This document shows, one piece after another, positions 1 to 8,969 of a DNA stretch of 64,000 nt. Source of the stretch: Candidatus Woesearchaeota archaeon. GTDB lineage: Archaea; Nanobdellota; Nanobdellia; Woesearchaeales; JABGUJ01. Numbering within the stretch: position 1 is the stretch's first letter; each line of letters opens with the position of its first letter. The notes beneath the pieces are model-generated. The model ran no database searches. It was not told where the DNA came from and was given only the letters and a program-made list of their open reading frames with translations. The position numbers were made by a program, and so were the translations under genes. The DNA is taken from assembly GCA_018646625.1 (NCBI GenBank), contig JABGUJ010000004.1:1-64000 (forward strand). Reading direction: 5' to 3'.

Positions 1-83
1 ACTTTTATCACTCCCCCCCTCACAACTTGCTTAAAGCTCGCTAGCAATCAGCGGAGAGCTATCCCGCCAGTCTAGTCTGCCCG
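1..83 (-). ncRNA. ffs: Archaeal SRP (7S) RNA, 5' part (Alu domain), continuing beyond the window start
   Basis: The minus strand reads GGGCAGACUAGACUGGCGGGAUAGCUCUCCGCUGAUUGCUAGCGAGCUUUAAGCAAG. It has two hairpins whose loops (AGCUC and GAGCU) are complementary, as in the Alu-domain kissing loop. BRE/TATA-like GAAACCTTTAAA lies ~25 nt upstream. Confidence 0.75.
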
Positions 84-102
84 TTTGAGAGTATGAATGT
101 GC

Positions 103-118
103 TTTTTTTAAAGGTTTC
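103..118 (-). promoter_or_regulatory. BRE/TATA promoter of the SRP RNA gene
   Basis: GAAACCTTTAAAAAAA on the minus strand, ~25 nt upstream of the predicted RNA 5' end. Confidence 0.55.
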
Positions 119-282
119 CCCATTTAAACCCCTAAGAATTAAGAATTCTGTTCATTTAGGCAAGATGCCCGACAATTGCCCTCATCTGTCAAATCAAGAA
201 AAGTATTTATACTCCTCTATCAACCCACTGCCGTTAAGAGGTGAATAATCCTCAATAATTCTGAGGTTAATGGAGGGATACT

Positions 283-1503
283 ATGAGTATAAACTTTGAA
301 GAACTAGCTAGGGCAAGAGCTGATGATATTGTTGACTTAACGCAACGCTTGGTTGCCATTAGAACGGTAAACTACGATACGACTAATTTTCCAAATGGTG
401 GTCCTGATGGGATGGAAAGTCCTGGAGAAGAATCAAAAGTTGCAGAAGTGATTGCAGATGAATTCAGAGCGATGGGTATTGAACCACAATTTTTTGGAGA
501 ACACCCTAGACAAGATGTTGTAGGAGTTATAGGCAGACAAGAACCTGGCTACAGAAAACTTTTACTTCCGACACATTCTGATACAGTTCCATCTGGTGAA
601 GAAGCCTGGACAGAAATGGCAGATCCCTTTAAACCTGTTGTGAAAGACGGATATATCTTTGGAAGAGGATCATTTGATAACAAAGGGCCGATGGCTGCAA
701 CAATCGCTATGGCGAGAATGCTAAAACAATATGAAGATCAAATTCCTGGTGCGATCATTTTTGCTGCGGTTCACGATGAAGAAGTTGGAATGAGTGCAGG
801 ACTAACTGAACTTGTAAAATCAGGATCTATTGATGCTACTGATGCAATTATTCCTGATGTGGGAGAAGAAATGGCGAGAGTCATCATTGCGGAAAAAGAG
901 ATAATGATGCTTGACGTTATTGCAAAAGGCAAAGAGGCTCATGGTTCAACACCACAAAATGGCATTAATGCTGTAGTTGCACTTGCGGGTTATATGGCTG
1001 CACTCGATAATTATGTTCTAAGACACGAAGCAGATCCTAGATTTTCAGACGGACCGACAATAAATGTTGGCATGTTGAATGGTGGAAGTGCGCCTAATAC
1101 TGTTCCTGGATCTGCAAAAGCATCATTAGATATGCGATATCTTCCTGGCAGAACAAGACGACAAGTTCTAAGAGAACTAAGAAACCTGAGAAGAACTTAC
1201 GAAAAAGGCGGAGCAACTTTCAGACCTGTTGTCAAAATGCATATGGAATCACATTCAGTTGATCCTGATGATGATTTGGTTAAAGCAATTGTTCAATACT
1301 CTGGAGCCGATGCAATTGGTATTGGGGGAAGAACAGTTTGCGGAGCTCTGGCAAAAGCCGGGTTAACCGCTGTTGGTTGGGGTCCTGGAGAAGACAAATA
1401 TTTCCATGTTGCAGACGAGAGAATTGCAGTTCAGCAATTAGTAGATTTTGCAGCAAAGGGGTCAGAAATTGCAATGTATGTGGCTCAACAGAGAGTCCAC
1501 TAA
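283..1503 (+). CDS. M20 family metallopeptidase/deacylase (ArgE/DapE-like)
   Basis: HSDTVP, GRGSFDNKG, DEEVG, AHGS and HVADE motifs; GGAGG RBS. Confidence 0.9.
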   Translation: MSINFEELARARADDIVDLTQRLVAIRTVNYDTTNFPNGGPDGMESPGEESKVAEVIADEFRAMGIEPQFFGEHPRQDVVGVIGRQEPGYRKLLLPTHSDTVPSGEEAWTEMADPFKPVVKDGYIFGRGSFDNKGPMAATIAMARMLKQYEDQIPGAIIFAAVHDEEVGMSAGLTELVKSGSIDATDAIIPDVGEEMARVIIAEKEIMMLDVIAKGKEAHGSTPQNGINAVVALAGYMAALDNYVLRHEADPRFSDGPTINVGMLNGGSAPNTVPGSAKASLDMRYLPGRTRRQVLRELRNLRRTYEKGGATFRPVVKMHMESHSVDPDDDLVKAIVQYSGADAIGIGGRTVCGALAKAGLTAVGWGPGEDKYFHVADERIAVQQLVDFAAKGSEIAMYVAQQRVH

Positions 1504-1542
1504 TTTTTTTCTTTTTTCTTTGTATTTTTCTTCATCAGAATA

Positions 1543-2445
1543 TCATATAAAAGTTAGTAAATACACAATTCCAAAACCAACATAACATCCTGCAGAAATA
1601 AAAGGCATTGCTGGATAAAACTTATCTTTCTTAGCTTTCATAAACAAACCAAGTAACGTCGCAGTACAACATCCGACTACAATCAACGAATAAAGAAATG
1701 CAGTCAACTTACTAAATCCGAAAGACAAGATCAAATATTCAATTACTGTCGCAGTAAATATCAAAGGAAATGCCATATCTCCTCCGCCAAGTATTGCGTG
1801 CTTAACTTTAACCTTTTTAGTCTTTTCTCCTTTCTTTGGTTTACGACCTATTTTGTAAGGAACAAACAAACCTGCAAACATCTTAGACTGAGTTTGAAAC
1901 TTTGCCATTTTAACCATATGCTTCGATTTCCACACCGCATACATATCATACAATGAGATGATTAACAACAGAACAAATGCCGACATTAGATTAATTATTG
2001 GCAAAAACACAACAACAATACCTGTATACACAAAAACCTCTGTTATATTGTGCACAAAAACATTTTGTCTAAATATTCTATAGAGAGCCAATAAAAACGC
2101 AATTGCAGCAGCAGAATAATCATTCAAATAAACACTCAACGATGTACCTATTGTCATCCATATTGCTAGAAAAAACCAAACCTTCCATGCACGAGAAAGA
2201 TTATATTTAACAAACAACAACATCAAAAGAGTACCGACAACAACCGCTAAAGTAATCCAAATAAAAGTTGTAGATTTATTCTCTATCTCGGGAGGTTCTC
2301 CCAACATTGTAGCCGAATGATCTATAAACGTATCACCATCTTTTTCACCAACAGAAATATACTTTGTAACTGTAGCTAATCCAAAAAGCTGTGTAACAAG
2401 AAATAATAACACCAGAATAAGGGTTATTTTCAATGAATGCTTCAT
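1543..2445 (-). CDS. Presenilin/SPP-family GxGD intramembrane aspartyl protease
   Basis: Multi-TM protein with YD, LGGGD and PAMP motifs. Start placed at MKHSLK to avoid overlap with the divergent gene. Confidence 0.88.
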   Translation of the reverse strand: MKHSLKITLILVLLFLVTQLFGLATVTKYISVGEKDGDTFIDHSATMLGEPPEIENKSTTFIWITLAVVVGTLLMLLFVKYNLSRAWKVWFFLAIWMTIGTSLSVYLNDYSAAAIAFLLALYRIFRQNVFVHNITEVFVYTGIVVVFLPIINLMSAFVLLLIISLYDMYAVWKSKHMVKMAKFQTQSKMFAGLFVPYKIGRKPKKGEKTKKVKVKHAILGGGDMAFPLIFTATVIEYLILSFGFSKLTAFLYSLIVVGCCTATLLGLFMKAKKDKFYPAMPFISAGCYVGFGIVYLLTFI

Positions 2446-2498
2446 AAACCCAGAATCCCCTAATAAGATATATAAATCTGTTGTTTTCATAGAATTCC

Positions 2499-2948
2499 AT
2501 GAAACAAATCCATAACATTGCAATATCTGTGTTCATAAAAGAAGAAGACAATAAAGAACAGTTAGAACAATCATTTCTAAAACTCATACCTTTAGATTTA
2601 AATAAAGAAAAATTAAAACCAACAAAAACTGAAGTCACAGGTCTCTCGGAAAATAAAATAAAAATCATAGAACTGAAGCTAATAAAAGAAAAACATACTA
2701 AATTATTCATAGAGCATCTAAGAACTAACTTAGACAAAGAATCAATTAATCAACTACTGGAACAAAAAGAATCAAGATTGGATAATGATCTTTGTTTCTT
2801 CTTAAGATTGGATAAAGAAGCACTATTAAATGATAAATATCAATTAACGGACGATGGAAACTGTTTCCATATAAAGATTCTAATTGCAGCATTTCCAAAG
2901 AAACGGGACGCGGCACTTGAAACCGTAAACTCTCTGTTCAAACAGTAG
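2499..2948 (+). CDS. Archaeal RNA-binding protein (DUF54/PF01877-like)
   Basis: FFLRLDKEAL and C-terminal IKILIAAFP motifs, 149 aa. Confidence 0.75.
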   Translation: MKQIHNIAISVFIKEEDNKEQLEQSFLKLIPLDLNKEKLKPTKTEVTGLSENKIKIIELKLIKEKHTKLFIEHLRTNLDKESINQLLEQKESRLDNDLCFFLRLDKEALLNDKYQLTDDGNCFHIKILIAAFPKKRDAALETVNSLFKQ

Positions 2949-2983
2949 AAACCTTTAAATAGCCAAATCCAACCATCTCATTC

Positions 2984-4069
2984 ATGACAAAAATAATTGA
3001 TCCTTGGGGAAGCGAACTAATCGAAGACTACATAAAAATCATAAAAGACTTTGGATTAGAAACTTTTGATCCTAATTTATTTCCAAAACCTAATAGAATT
3101 ATGCGAAGAGGCGTAGTTTTTGCAGGAAGAGATCTAAAACAAATATCAAAATCAATTCTAGAGAAAAAACCATTCTATGTTCTTAGTGGAATTATGCCTA
3201 GTGCAGAACGTATACACTTTGGAAACAAAATGGTTGTAGAAAACATAAGATACTTTCAAGACCAAGGCGCAAAAGCATACATCTTAGTTGCAGACATGGA
3301 AGCGGCAGCAGCAAGAGGAGTTCCACTAGACGAAGCGAAGCAAAGAGCAATGAATTTTCACATTCCTGCTTACATTGCTTTAGGATTAGATCCTAAAAAA
3401 ACAATATTCTACTTTCAATCTGAAAACAAAGATGTTTTACACATGGGTTATGAGTTTGCAAAGAAGATAACGTTAAATGAATTCAAAGCAATATACGGAA
3501 GTGCAGATCCTGGACGGATAATGTCTGCCGTAACTCAAGTGGGAGATATTCTTTATCCTCAGTTAGAAGAACGAATGCCTGGAATTATACCTGTCGGCGT
3601 AGATCAAGATCCTCACATGAGGTTAACAAGAGATGTAGTTGACAGAACTAAAGCAAAAAAATTCTTTAAACCATCAGGATTATACCATAAATACACTCCA
3701 TCTTTGAATGGAGAGGCGAAGATGTCAAAATCAAAGCCTGAAAGTTGCATTGAGTTGCCTGAAGAATTTAGCAAAGTAAAAAAGAAACTAATGAGAGCTA
3801 AAACAGGCGGACGAGATACTGTTGAAGAACAAAAAGAAAAGGGCGGAACGCCTGAAAAGTGCATGATCTTTGAATTATACAAACAACATTTGATAGAAGA
3901 TGATAAAGAACTACAGAAAATCTATGATGACTGTAAGGCTGGGAAGTTAACTTGTGGTGATGATAAGAAGCATTGCTGTGATTTAATGGAAAAATTCATG
4001 AAAGACTTTGAGAAAGGCATTGAAACAGCTAGAAATAACGTAGACAAGCTCAACTTCGTCAAGTTTTAA
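2984..4069 (+). CDS. trpS: Tryptophanyl-tRNA synthetase (archaeal type)
   Basis: IDPWG, HFGN (HIGH), PVGVDQDPH, KMSKS, TGGR motifs. Confidence 0.95.
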   Translation: MTKIIDPWGSELIEDYIKIIKDFGLETFDPNLFPKPNRIMRRGVVFAGRDLKQISKSILEKKPFYVLSGIMPSAERIHFGNKMVVENIRYFQDQGAKAYILVADMEAAAARGVPLDEAKQRAMNFHIPAYIALGLDPKKTIFYFQSENKDVLHMGYEFAKKITLNEFKAIYGSADPGRIMSAVTQVGDILYPQLEERMPGIIPVGVDQDPHMRLTRDVVDRTKAKKFFKPSGLYHKYTPSLNGEAKMSKSKPESCIELPEEFSKVKKKLMRAKTGGRDTVEEQKEKGGTPEKCMIFELYKQHLIEDDKELQKIYDDCKAGKLTCGDDKKHCCDLMEKFMKDFEKGIETARNNVDKLNFVKF

Positions 4070-4131
4070 ACAGAAAACTATTTAAATCAAGTTTATAGAT
4101 TTAAAGATAGTCATGTAGGGGTGATTGAATA

Positions 4132-4872
4132 ATGATGAAAAACTTTAGAGCCGCACCTTTATCAAGTGGTTTTACGCTCGTAAGCATTTTAGGTTTTCTA
4201 GTAACTATAATCTACACATATTTTGGAACTGTAGATTTAACTTGGGGAGTAACCTTCCTCTTAGTATTCGCAATTATGTTTATTGCGTCAGTCATATCTA
4301 TGACGGCTGCACCAGTGGAAGAAGAACTTTATCTGGATAATTTCTTTGATTATCAAAGAAAATTAAGATCTAGAAGAAAGAAAGGACCTATTCCTATGGA
4401 CGACTTCAAGTATGAAGAAGAAGCCGCAGATTATCTGACAGATTCTAATTATGCTCTGGAGAAGAAGAAGAAAGTAACTCGGAAAGCTCCAAAGCCAATC
4501 AAGAAAAGAAAAGTTGCTGTGAAGAAGAAGCCAGTTAAGAGAAAGGCTCCTGCTAAAAAGAAACCAGCTAAAAAGAAAGTAGTCAGAAAAAAACCAGCTA
4601 AGAAAGCACCAAAGCGAAAGCCGGTAAAGAGAACTACCAAGAAAAAGGCTACAAGAAGGAAGCCAGTTAAAAGAAGAGCTCCTACTAAAAAGAAAGTAGC
4701 TAAGAAAAAACCGGCAAAACGAAAGCCAGCTAAAAGAGTTGTTAAGAAGAAAGCAACAAGAAAAAAGGCTGTGAAGAGAAAACCTGTGAAGAAAAAAGTC
4801 ACTAGGAAAAAACCGGTTAGAAAAGCTGCAACTAAGAAAAAGCCTATCAGAAGGGCTAAGAAGAGGAGATAA
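4132..4872 (+). CDS. Two-TM membrane protein with a long histone-H1-like Lys/Arg/Ala/Pro-rich C-terminal tail
   Basis: Two hydrophobic N-terminal helices, then ~135 aa of KKKPAKRK-type repeats; GGGGTGA RBS. Confidence 0.8.
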   Translation: MMKNFRAAPLSSGFTLVSILGFLVTIIYTYFGTVDLTWGVTFLLVFAIMFIASVISMTAAPVEEELYLDNFFDYQRKLRSRRKKGPIPMDDFKYEEEAADYLTDSNYALEKKKKVTRKAPKPIKKRKVAVKKKPVKRKAPAKKKPAKKKVVRKKPAKKAPKRKPVKRTTKKKATRRKPVKRRAPTKKKVAKKKPAKRKPAKRVVKKKATRKKAVKRKPVKKKVTRKKPVRKAATKKKPIRRAKKRR

Positions 4873-4948
4873 TTCCTCACTTTTTCTTTATTTTTACTAT
4901 AATTTTATATACAAAAACGTTATAATCAAGAATTGAGGTGAATGTCTA

Positions 4949-5206
4949 ATGGCAAAAAAACGAGCTAAAAAAGCTGCACCTGCCGCTTCCTGTAGTACTA
5001 AAGGAGGATGTTGTTGTGGTATGAAATCATTGTGGGCACTTTTTGGAGCAGCATTATCTGCATTAGGTTTATTACTTGTTGTAGGAGGAGTTCTATTCCA
5101 AGTGAAAGCTGGATCCCTTTGGTGGGTTTTTCTAAAATACTTTATAGGCCTAGTATTATTGATGCTTGGTGCAAAGTGTAAAATGAAAGCATTCTGCTGT
5201 CATTAA
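4949..5206 (+). CDS. Small two-TM membrane protein with a basic N-terminus and Cys clusters
   Basis: GAGGTG RBS; AKKRAKK, CCC and terminal CCH; T-rich terminator follows. Confidence 0.75.
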   Translation: MAKKRAKKAAPAASCSTKGGCCCGMKSLWALFGAALSALGLLLVVGGVLFQVKAGSLWWVFLKYFIGLVLLMLGAKCKMKAFCCH

Positions 5207-5241
5207 TTTCTTATTTTTTTATTTATCTTTTTTTACTAGAA

Positions 5242-6573
5242 CTAGTATTTAATCTCTTTTTTCTTATGTACTGCTACCGGTGCTTCACCACCATGCCAAG
5301 TAAATCTTGGACGTATTTGCATAGAATATAATTTCTCGTTGGAATCATCAAACACTATAGCTGATCCTTGAACTCGCGGCATATGGTCTATTGCTAAAGC
5401 CATACCCTCCCTCATGTAACTTTGTGTCAACAAACTTAATGCTTCAACATCCATTCTTGCAGTTATTCTATGTGAGATAACTGTATCGCTCTGTGTCATA
5501 ACGTCTGTATGAATCTTTCCTGGTTGTTGGGTGGCCAATATTAAACTAATTCCTGGTTGACGACCTTCTCTCATAATAGTCATCAAAGGCTTAGTAGCCA
5601 TGTTTCTATCTAGGCGATCTTTTGGCAAGAACTCATGAGCTTCATCTATAACTAACCAAACTAGCGGCATATCTAATTTATCTTTACTACTATCTTCCGC
5701 AGAAAAATAATGTATTGTCTCATGAACTTGCTTAAACTCTTCTTGTTTCCTTGCAAGCATTCTTTGCACAAACAGTTTCTGTGCAACCAACCCAACAATC
5801 ATATACTTAATCTTCCATCCACCAGGCATAGTTGCATAACAACTAACATCTAAGATTGTAACTTGACCTGAGCGAGCTAAATCACTTAACGGAGTTCCAT
5901 TTTCATCAAACACTCCCCAAGACTCTGTACCCAAAAACATATTCTCTGCGGCATCTTTAACCGTCTGTTCTGATCTGGTATCTGATTGTACCATCTCAAT
6001 CATATCTTTAATCGTATATCCGTCGCCTTTAACTCTACGCAAAGCATGCACTGTCCGTTCTATTAAAACACCTATCGGACTAGTTTCCAAAACTTCAAAA
6101 GTATTACACCAATCTGTGGCATCCATCTCTGATGGTTTGATTGCAAATGGATAATCAGTAGGAATTCCTTGTTCTTTGTATTCATGATAATATTTAGTTG
6201 GAGTAAAGATCTGAACGTCTAGTCCTTTTCCTCTTAAACCCCATTCAGCTAACAAATCTTCATCTTTTTTGTTTGGATACTTCATGGTCCAATATACTCC
6301 CATGGTATCTAGTAGAATGAAACTCAAGTTTTGATTAATGTGGCGCGGAAGATCTGCCATACCTTCTGCTATAACACCCATAGTGTACGATTTACCGCCA
6401 CCTCTTTTACCACAAATAAAAACAACGTGTGCTTTAGAAATATCAAGATAAACCGGATTTGAGAGAGAAATGTTTCTTCCCATAGTTACATACTGCTTAC
6501 CAACTAAAACAGTACCTTCCATGCCGAATTTTTTAAACTCTTTTTCCTTTCGACCTATTATTATCTCTCTCAT
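5242..6573 (-). CDS. HerA/FtsK-family (DUF87-like) P-loop ATPase
   Basis: Walker A GKRGGGKS, Walker B LVIDEAH, REGRQPG..LATQQP. Confidence 0.88.
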   Translation of the reverse strand: MREIIIGRKEKEFKKFGMEGTVLVGKQYVTMGRNISLSNPVYLDISKAHVVFICGKRGGGKSYTMGVIAEGMADLPRHINQNLSFILLDTMGVYWTMKYPNKKDEDLLAEWGLRGKGLDVQIFTPTKYYHEYKEQGIPTDYPFAIKPSEMDATDWCNTFEVLETSPIGVLIERTVHALRRVKGDGYTIKDMIEMVQSDTRSEQTVKDAAENMFLGTESWGVFDENGTPLSDLARSGQVTILDVSCYATMPGGWKIKYMIVGLVAQKLFVQRMLARKQEEFKQVHETIHYFSAEDSSKDKLDMPLVWLVIDEAHEFLPKDRLDRNMATKPLMTIMREGRQPGISLILATQQPGKIHTDVMTQSDTVISHRITARMDVEALSLLTQSYMREGMALAIDHMPRVQGSAIVFDDSNEKLYSMQIRPRFTWHGGEAPVAVHKKKEIKY

Positions 6574-6722
6574 TGCTTTTATCCACCAAATTTGCCATTA
6601 TAAACCTTGTTCTAAACTCAAAAGTAGCACTAATACAATTATGAGGGGAGATACAATGAAAGCTTTAAATACTATTAAATCAGCAAAAGGATACGATTTC
6701 ATATTCGAAAGGGGGTGTTAAA

Positions 6723-7880
6723 TTGCCAAAAAAGACTACAAAAAAACCTGCTAGAAAGGCTAAAGCTAGAAAGGCTCCAGTCAAGAAAGCAAAGAAAAAT
6801 TCTACAAAGAAACCTGCGGTTAAAAAGAAAACAACAAAGAGAAAAAAATCTGCAGTAAATATTCATAAAAGGGCTATTCCTGTTAGGGCTAAGAAGCCTG
6901 CAAAGAAAAGCTACACATCTGTACTTGTTGTAATAGTTGTGATACTGATAGTTGCAGTTGGATTAAAGTTTATTCAATCCAATTTTTCACAAGAACAAGA
7001 TACTCAACAAGAGACACAACAACAAACACAATTAATTGATCAAGAACTTTCTTTAGATGATAAGGAAGTTATTGCTACAGTCAACGGACAACCTGTTGAG
7101 ATGATGCGTTTCAAGAAGAATTTAGTTAAAATTCCTGAACAGATGAGAGCTATGGTTCCCGCTGAAGCATTCCTTAACCAATCCGTTCTTGAAGTTTTGA
7201 TGCTTAATGAAGCAGAAAGACGCGGAATAGGTGTTTCACAGGAAGAACTTGATTTATTCATGCAACAACTTTACGAGAGAACTGGTTTGAGTGAAGAAGA
7301 AATAGTGGAAAAGCTTGCTGAGAATAATATCGACATGGACTTTTTAGTTCAAGTATACAAAGACGAGCTTATAACTATGAAACTTCTTAACGAAACTGTG
7401 CTATCAAAGTTAGAAGTCACTGAAGAAGAACTATTGGCTGTTTACAATGAACAAGTAAGCGCAAGTCACATTTTGGTTGAGACTGAGCAAGAAGCATTAG
7501 ATATTGTTGTTCTTCTTGATAACGGTGGAGACTTTGCAGAACTTGCTAAAGAAAAGTCGATTGGACCTTCTGCTGAACGAGGAGGAGAACTGGGTAATTT
7601 TGGTAAAGGCCAAATGGTTCCTGAGTTCGAAAATGCTGTTTTCTCTTTAGAAATAAACGAGTACACAAGCACTCCTGTGCAAACCCAATATGGATTCCAT
7701 GTTGTCAAGAGAACTCCATTAACTACACCTTTTGAAGAGGTAAAGGAACATCTTGAACAAACGGTATTGACAGGAAAGCAAACCGAAGCGATGCAACAGT
7801 ACTCTGAATCTCTTTGGGAATCAGCAGATATAGAAATTTTAGTTGACGCAGAAGAGCTATTGGCTAGACTGTCAAACTAA
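6723..7880 (+). CDS. Membrane-anchored PrsA/SurA-like parvulin peptidyl-prolyl isomerase with a Lys-rich N-terminal tail
   Basis: Basic tail, one TM, SurA-N-like helical region, then ASHILV...GGELG...MVPEFE...YGFHVV; TTG start after a GGGGG RBS. Confidence 0.9.
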   Translation: MPKKTTKKPARKAKARKAPVKKAKKNSTKKPAVKKKTTKRKKSAVNIHKRAIPVRAKKPAKKSYTSVLVVIVVILIVAVGLKFIQSNFSQEQDTQQETQQQTQLIDQELSLDDKEVIATVNGQPVEMMRFKKNLVKIPEQMRAMVPAEAFLNQSVLEVLMLNEAERRGIGVSQEELDLFMQQLYERTGLSEEEIVEKLAENNIDMDFLVQVYKDELITMKLLNETVLSKLEVTEEELLAVYNEQVSASHILVETEQEALDIVVLLDNGGDFAELAKEKSIGPSAERGGELGNFGKGQMVPEFENAVFSLEINEYTSTPVQTQYGFHVVKRTPLTTPFEEVKEHLEQTVLTGKQTEAMQQYSESLWESADIEILVDAEELLARLSN

Positions 7881-7887
7881 TTTTTTA

Positions 7888-8031
7888 TTATTTTTTCTTT
7901 ATCTTTTTCTCTGCTAGTTTACTTAACAAAGTAAGCAATTCTTTACGAACTCTATACAACTCATATGCTCCAATTAAGATGGCAATCGCTATAGGTACTT
8001 GTGTCCAAAATATTGCTTGTACTGTATCCAT
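7888..8031 (-). CDS. 47-aa single-TM microprotein (not in ORF track)
   Basis: MDTVQAIFWTQVPIAIAILIGAYELYRVRKELLTLLSKLAEKKIKKK; GAGGG RBS; start overlaps the previous stop (TAATG). Confidence 0.7.
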   Translation of the reverse strand: MDTVQAIFWTQVPIAIAILIGAYELYRVRKELLTLLSKLAEKKIKKK

Positions 8032-8153
8032 TATAATCCCTCGCTAATCTGCTTTAAACGTAAACGTAATACTCTAAAAAATACAATCCCTACAATTGAA
8101 AGAACCAGATAAGGGATGTGAGTATAAATCAAAATACTCATAACGGTTTCCAT
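8031..8153 (-). CDS. 40-aa single-TM microprotein (not in ORF track)
   Basis: METVMSILIYTHIPYLVLSIVGIVFFRVLRLRLKQISEGL; start overlaps the GT2 stop (TGATG); N-terminus resembles that of the downstream microprotein. Confidence 0.65.
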   Translation of the reverse strand: METVMSILIYTHIPYLVLSIVGIVFFRVLRLRLKQISEGL

Positions 8154-8914
8154 CAAAACACTCTCCTAAAAAACATAAACATCCATTCGAGAGGTTTACC
8201 AACAACCACACCACCTAACGCGGCAAAAAACAGAAACATTTTCTTAGAAAAACTAATGCTAAGACCATACACGTGACGTAAGATCCAAACATCGTAAAAA
8301 TTGTTAATTTGCAAAGAATGAATTGCCTTCAAATGAGAATATGATACATAAGGCATTACAACATTCATCTGACCAACCGATAATTCATTTCGTTTAGCTT
8401 CCAACACAATTTCTGTTTCACACTCGAAATTATTGGAAATCAAATTAAGAGATTTCAAAGCAGACAAATTAAATGCATTATACCCCGAACAAGGATCATC
8501 AATCTTATACTCTGTTGCAACTCTCAACCACCAATTAGTGAAGTTATTCAGTTTACGACGCGTCTCACTTCGCCTAATACTTCTACTGGCAACCACAATA
8601 TCATATTTTGAAAGCAGTTTAATCATTTTTGGAATATATTTGGGATCATCTTCACCATCCGCATCATGCATAATTACATATTTGAACCCTTTTTTAGCTG
8701 CATAAGCCAATCCACGCCGTAAAGTAAATCCTTTTCCCTTATTAACGCGATTTCGCAACACAGTGCATTTGCCTTTAACCAGAGGATACGTTTTATCGGT
8801 ACTACCATCATCTACCACTATTACTTCATTAGAATACTTTTTACTCCTAGTAACTACTGCAGAAATGGTCTTTTCTTCATTATATGCGCAAATTACGACC
8901 GCTACCTTCTTCAT
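8153..8914 (-). CDS. GT2 glycosyltransferase, DPM1-like
   Basis: AYNEE, VVDDGSTD, NKGKG, DADG; C-terminal hydrophobic helix. The start could be up to 8926. Confidence 0.9.
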   Translation of the reverse strand: MKKVAVVICAYNEEKTISAVVTRSKKYSNEVIVVDDGSTDKTYPLVKGKCTVLRNRVNKGKGFTLRRGLAYAAKKGFKYVIMHDADGEDDPKYIPKMIKLLSKYDIVVASRSIRRSETRRKLNNFTNWWLRVATEYKIDDPCSGYNAFNLSALKSLNLISNNFECETEIVLEAKRNELSVGQMNVVMPYVSYSHLKAIHSLQINNFYDVWILRHVYGLSISFSKKMFLFFAALGGVVVGKPLEWMFMFFRRVF

Positions 8915-8969
8915 AGATACCATCAACTTTACTCTATATTTAAATATTATTATAGATTAAGGCAAGGTT

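Noticed and set aside
4470..4870. Possible CRISPR or tandem DNA repeat
   Set aside because: Repeats are degenerate at synonymous positions and coding; there is no repeat-spacer pattern
4449..4880. 143-aa Phe/Leu-rich antisense ORF
   Set aside because: Shadow of the Lys-rich repeat gene on the opposite strand
5242..6573. HerA-based anti-phage system or conjugation VirB4
   Set aside because: No adjacent nuclease, Sir2 or T4SS genes
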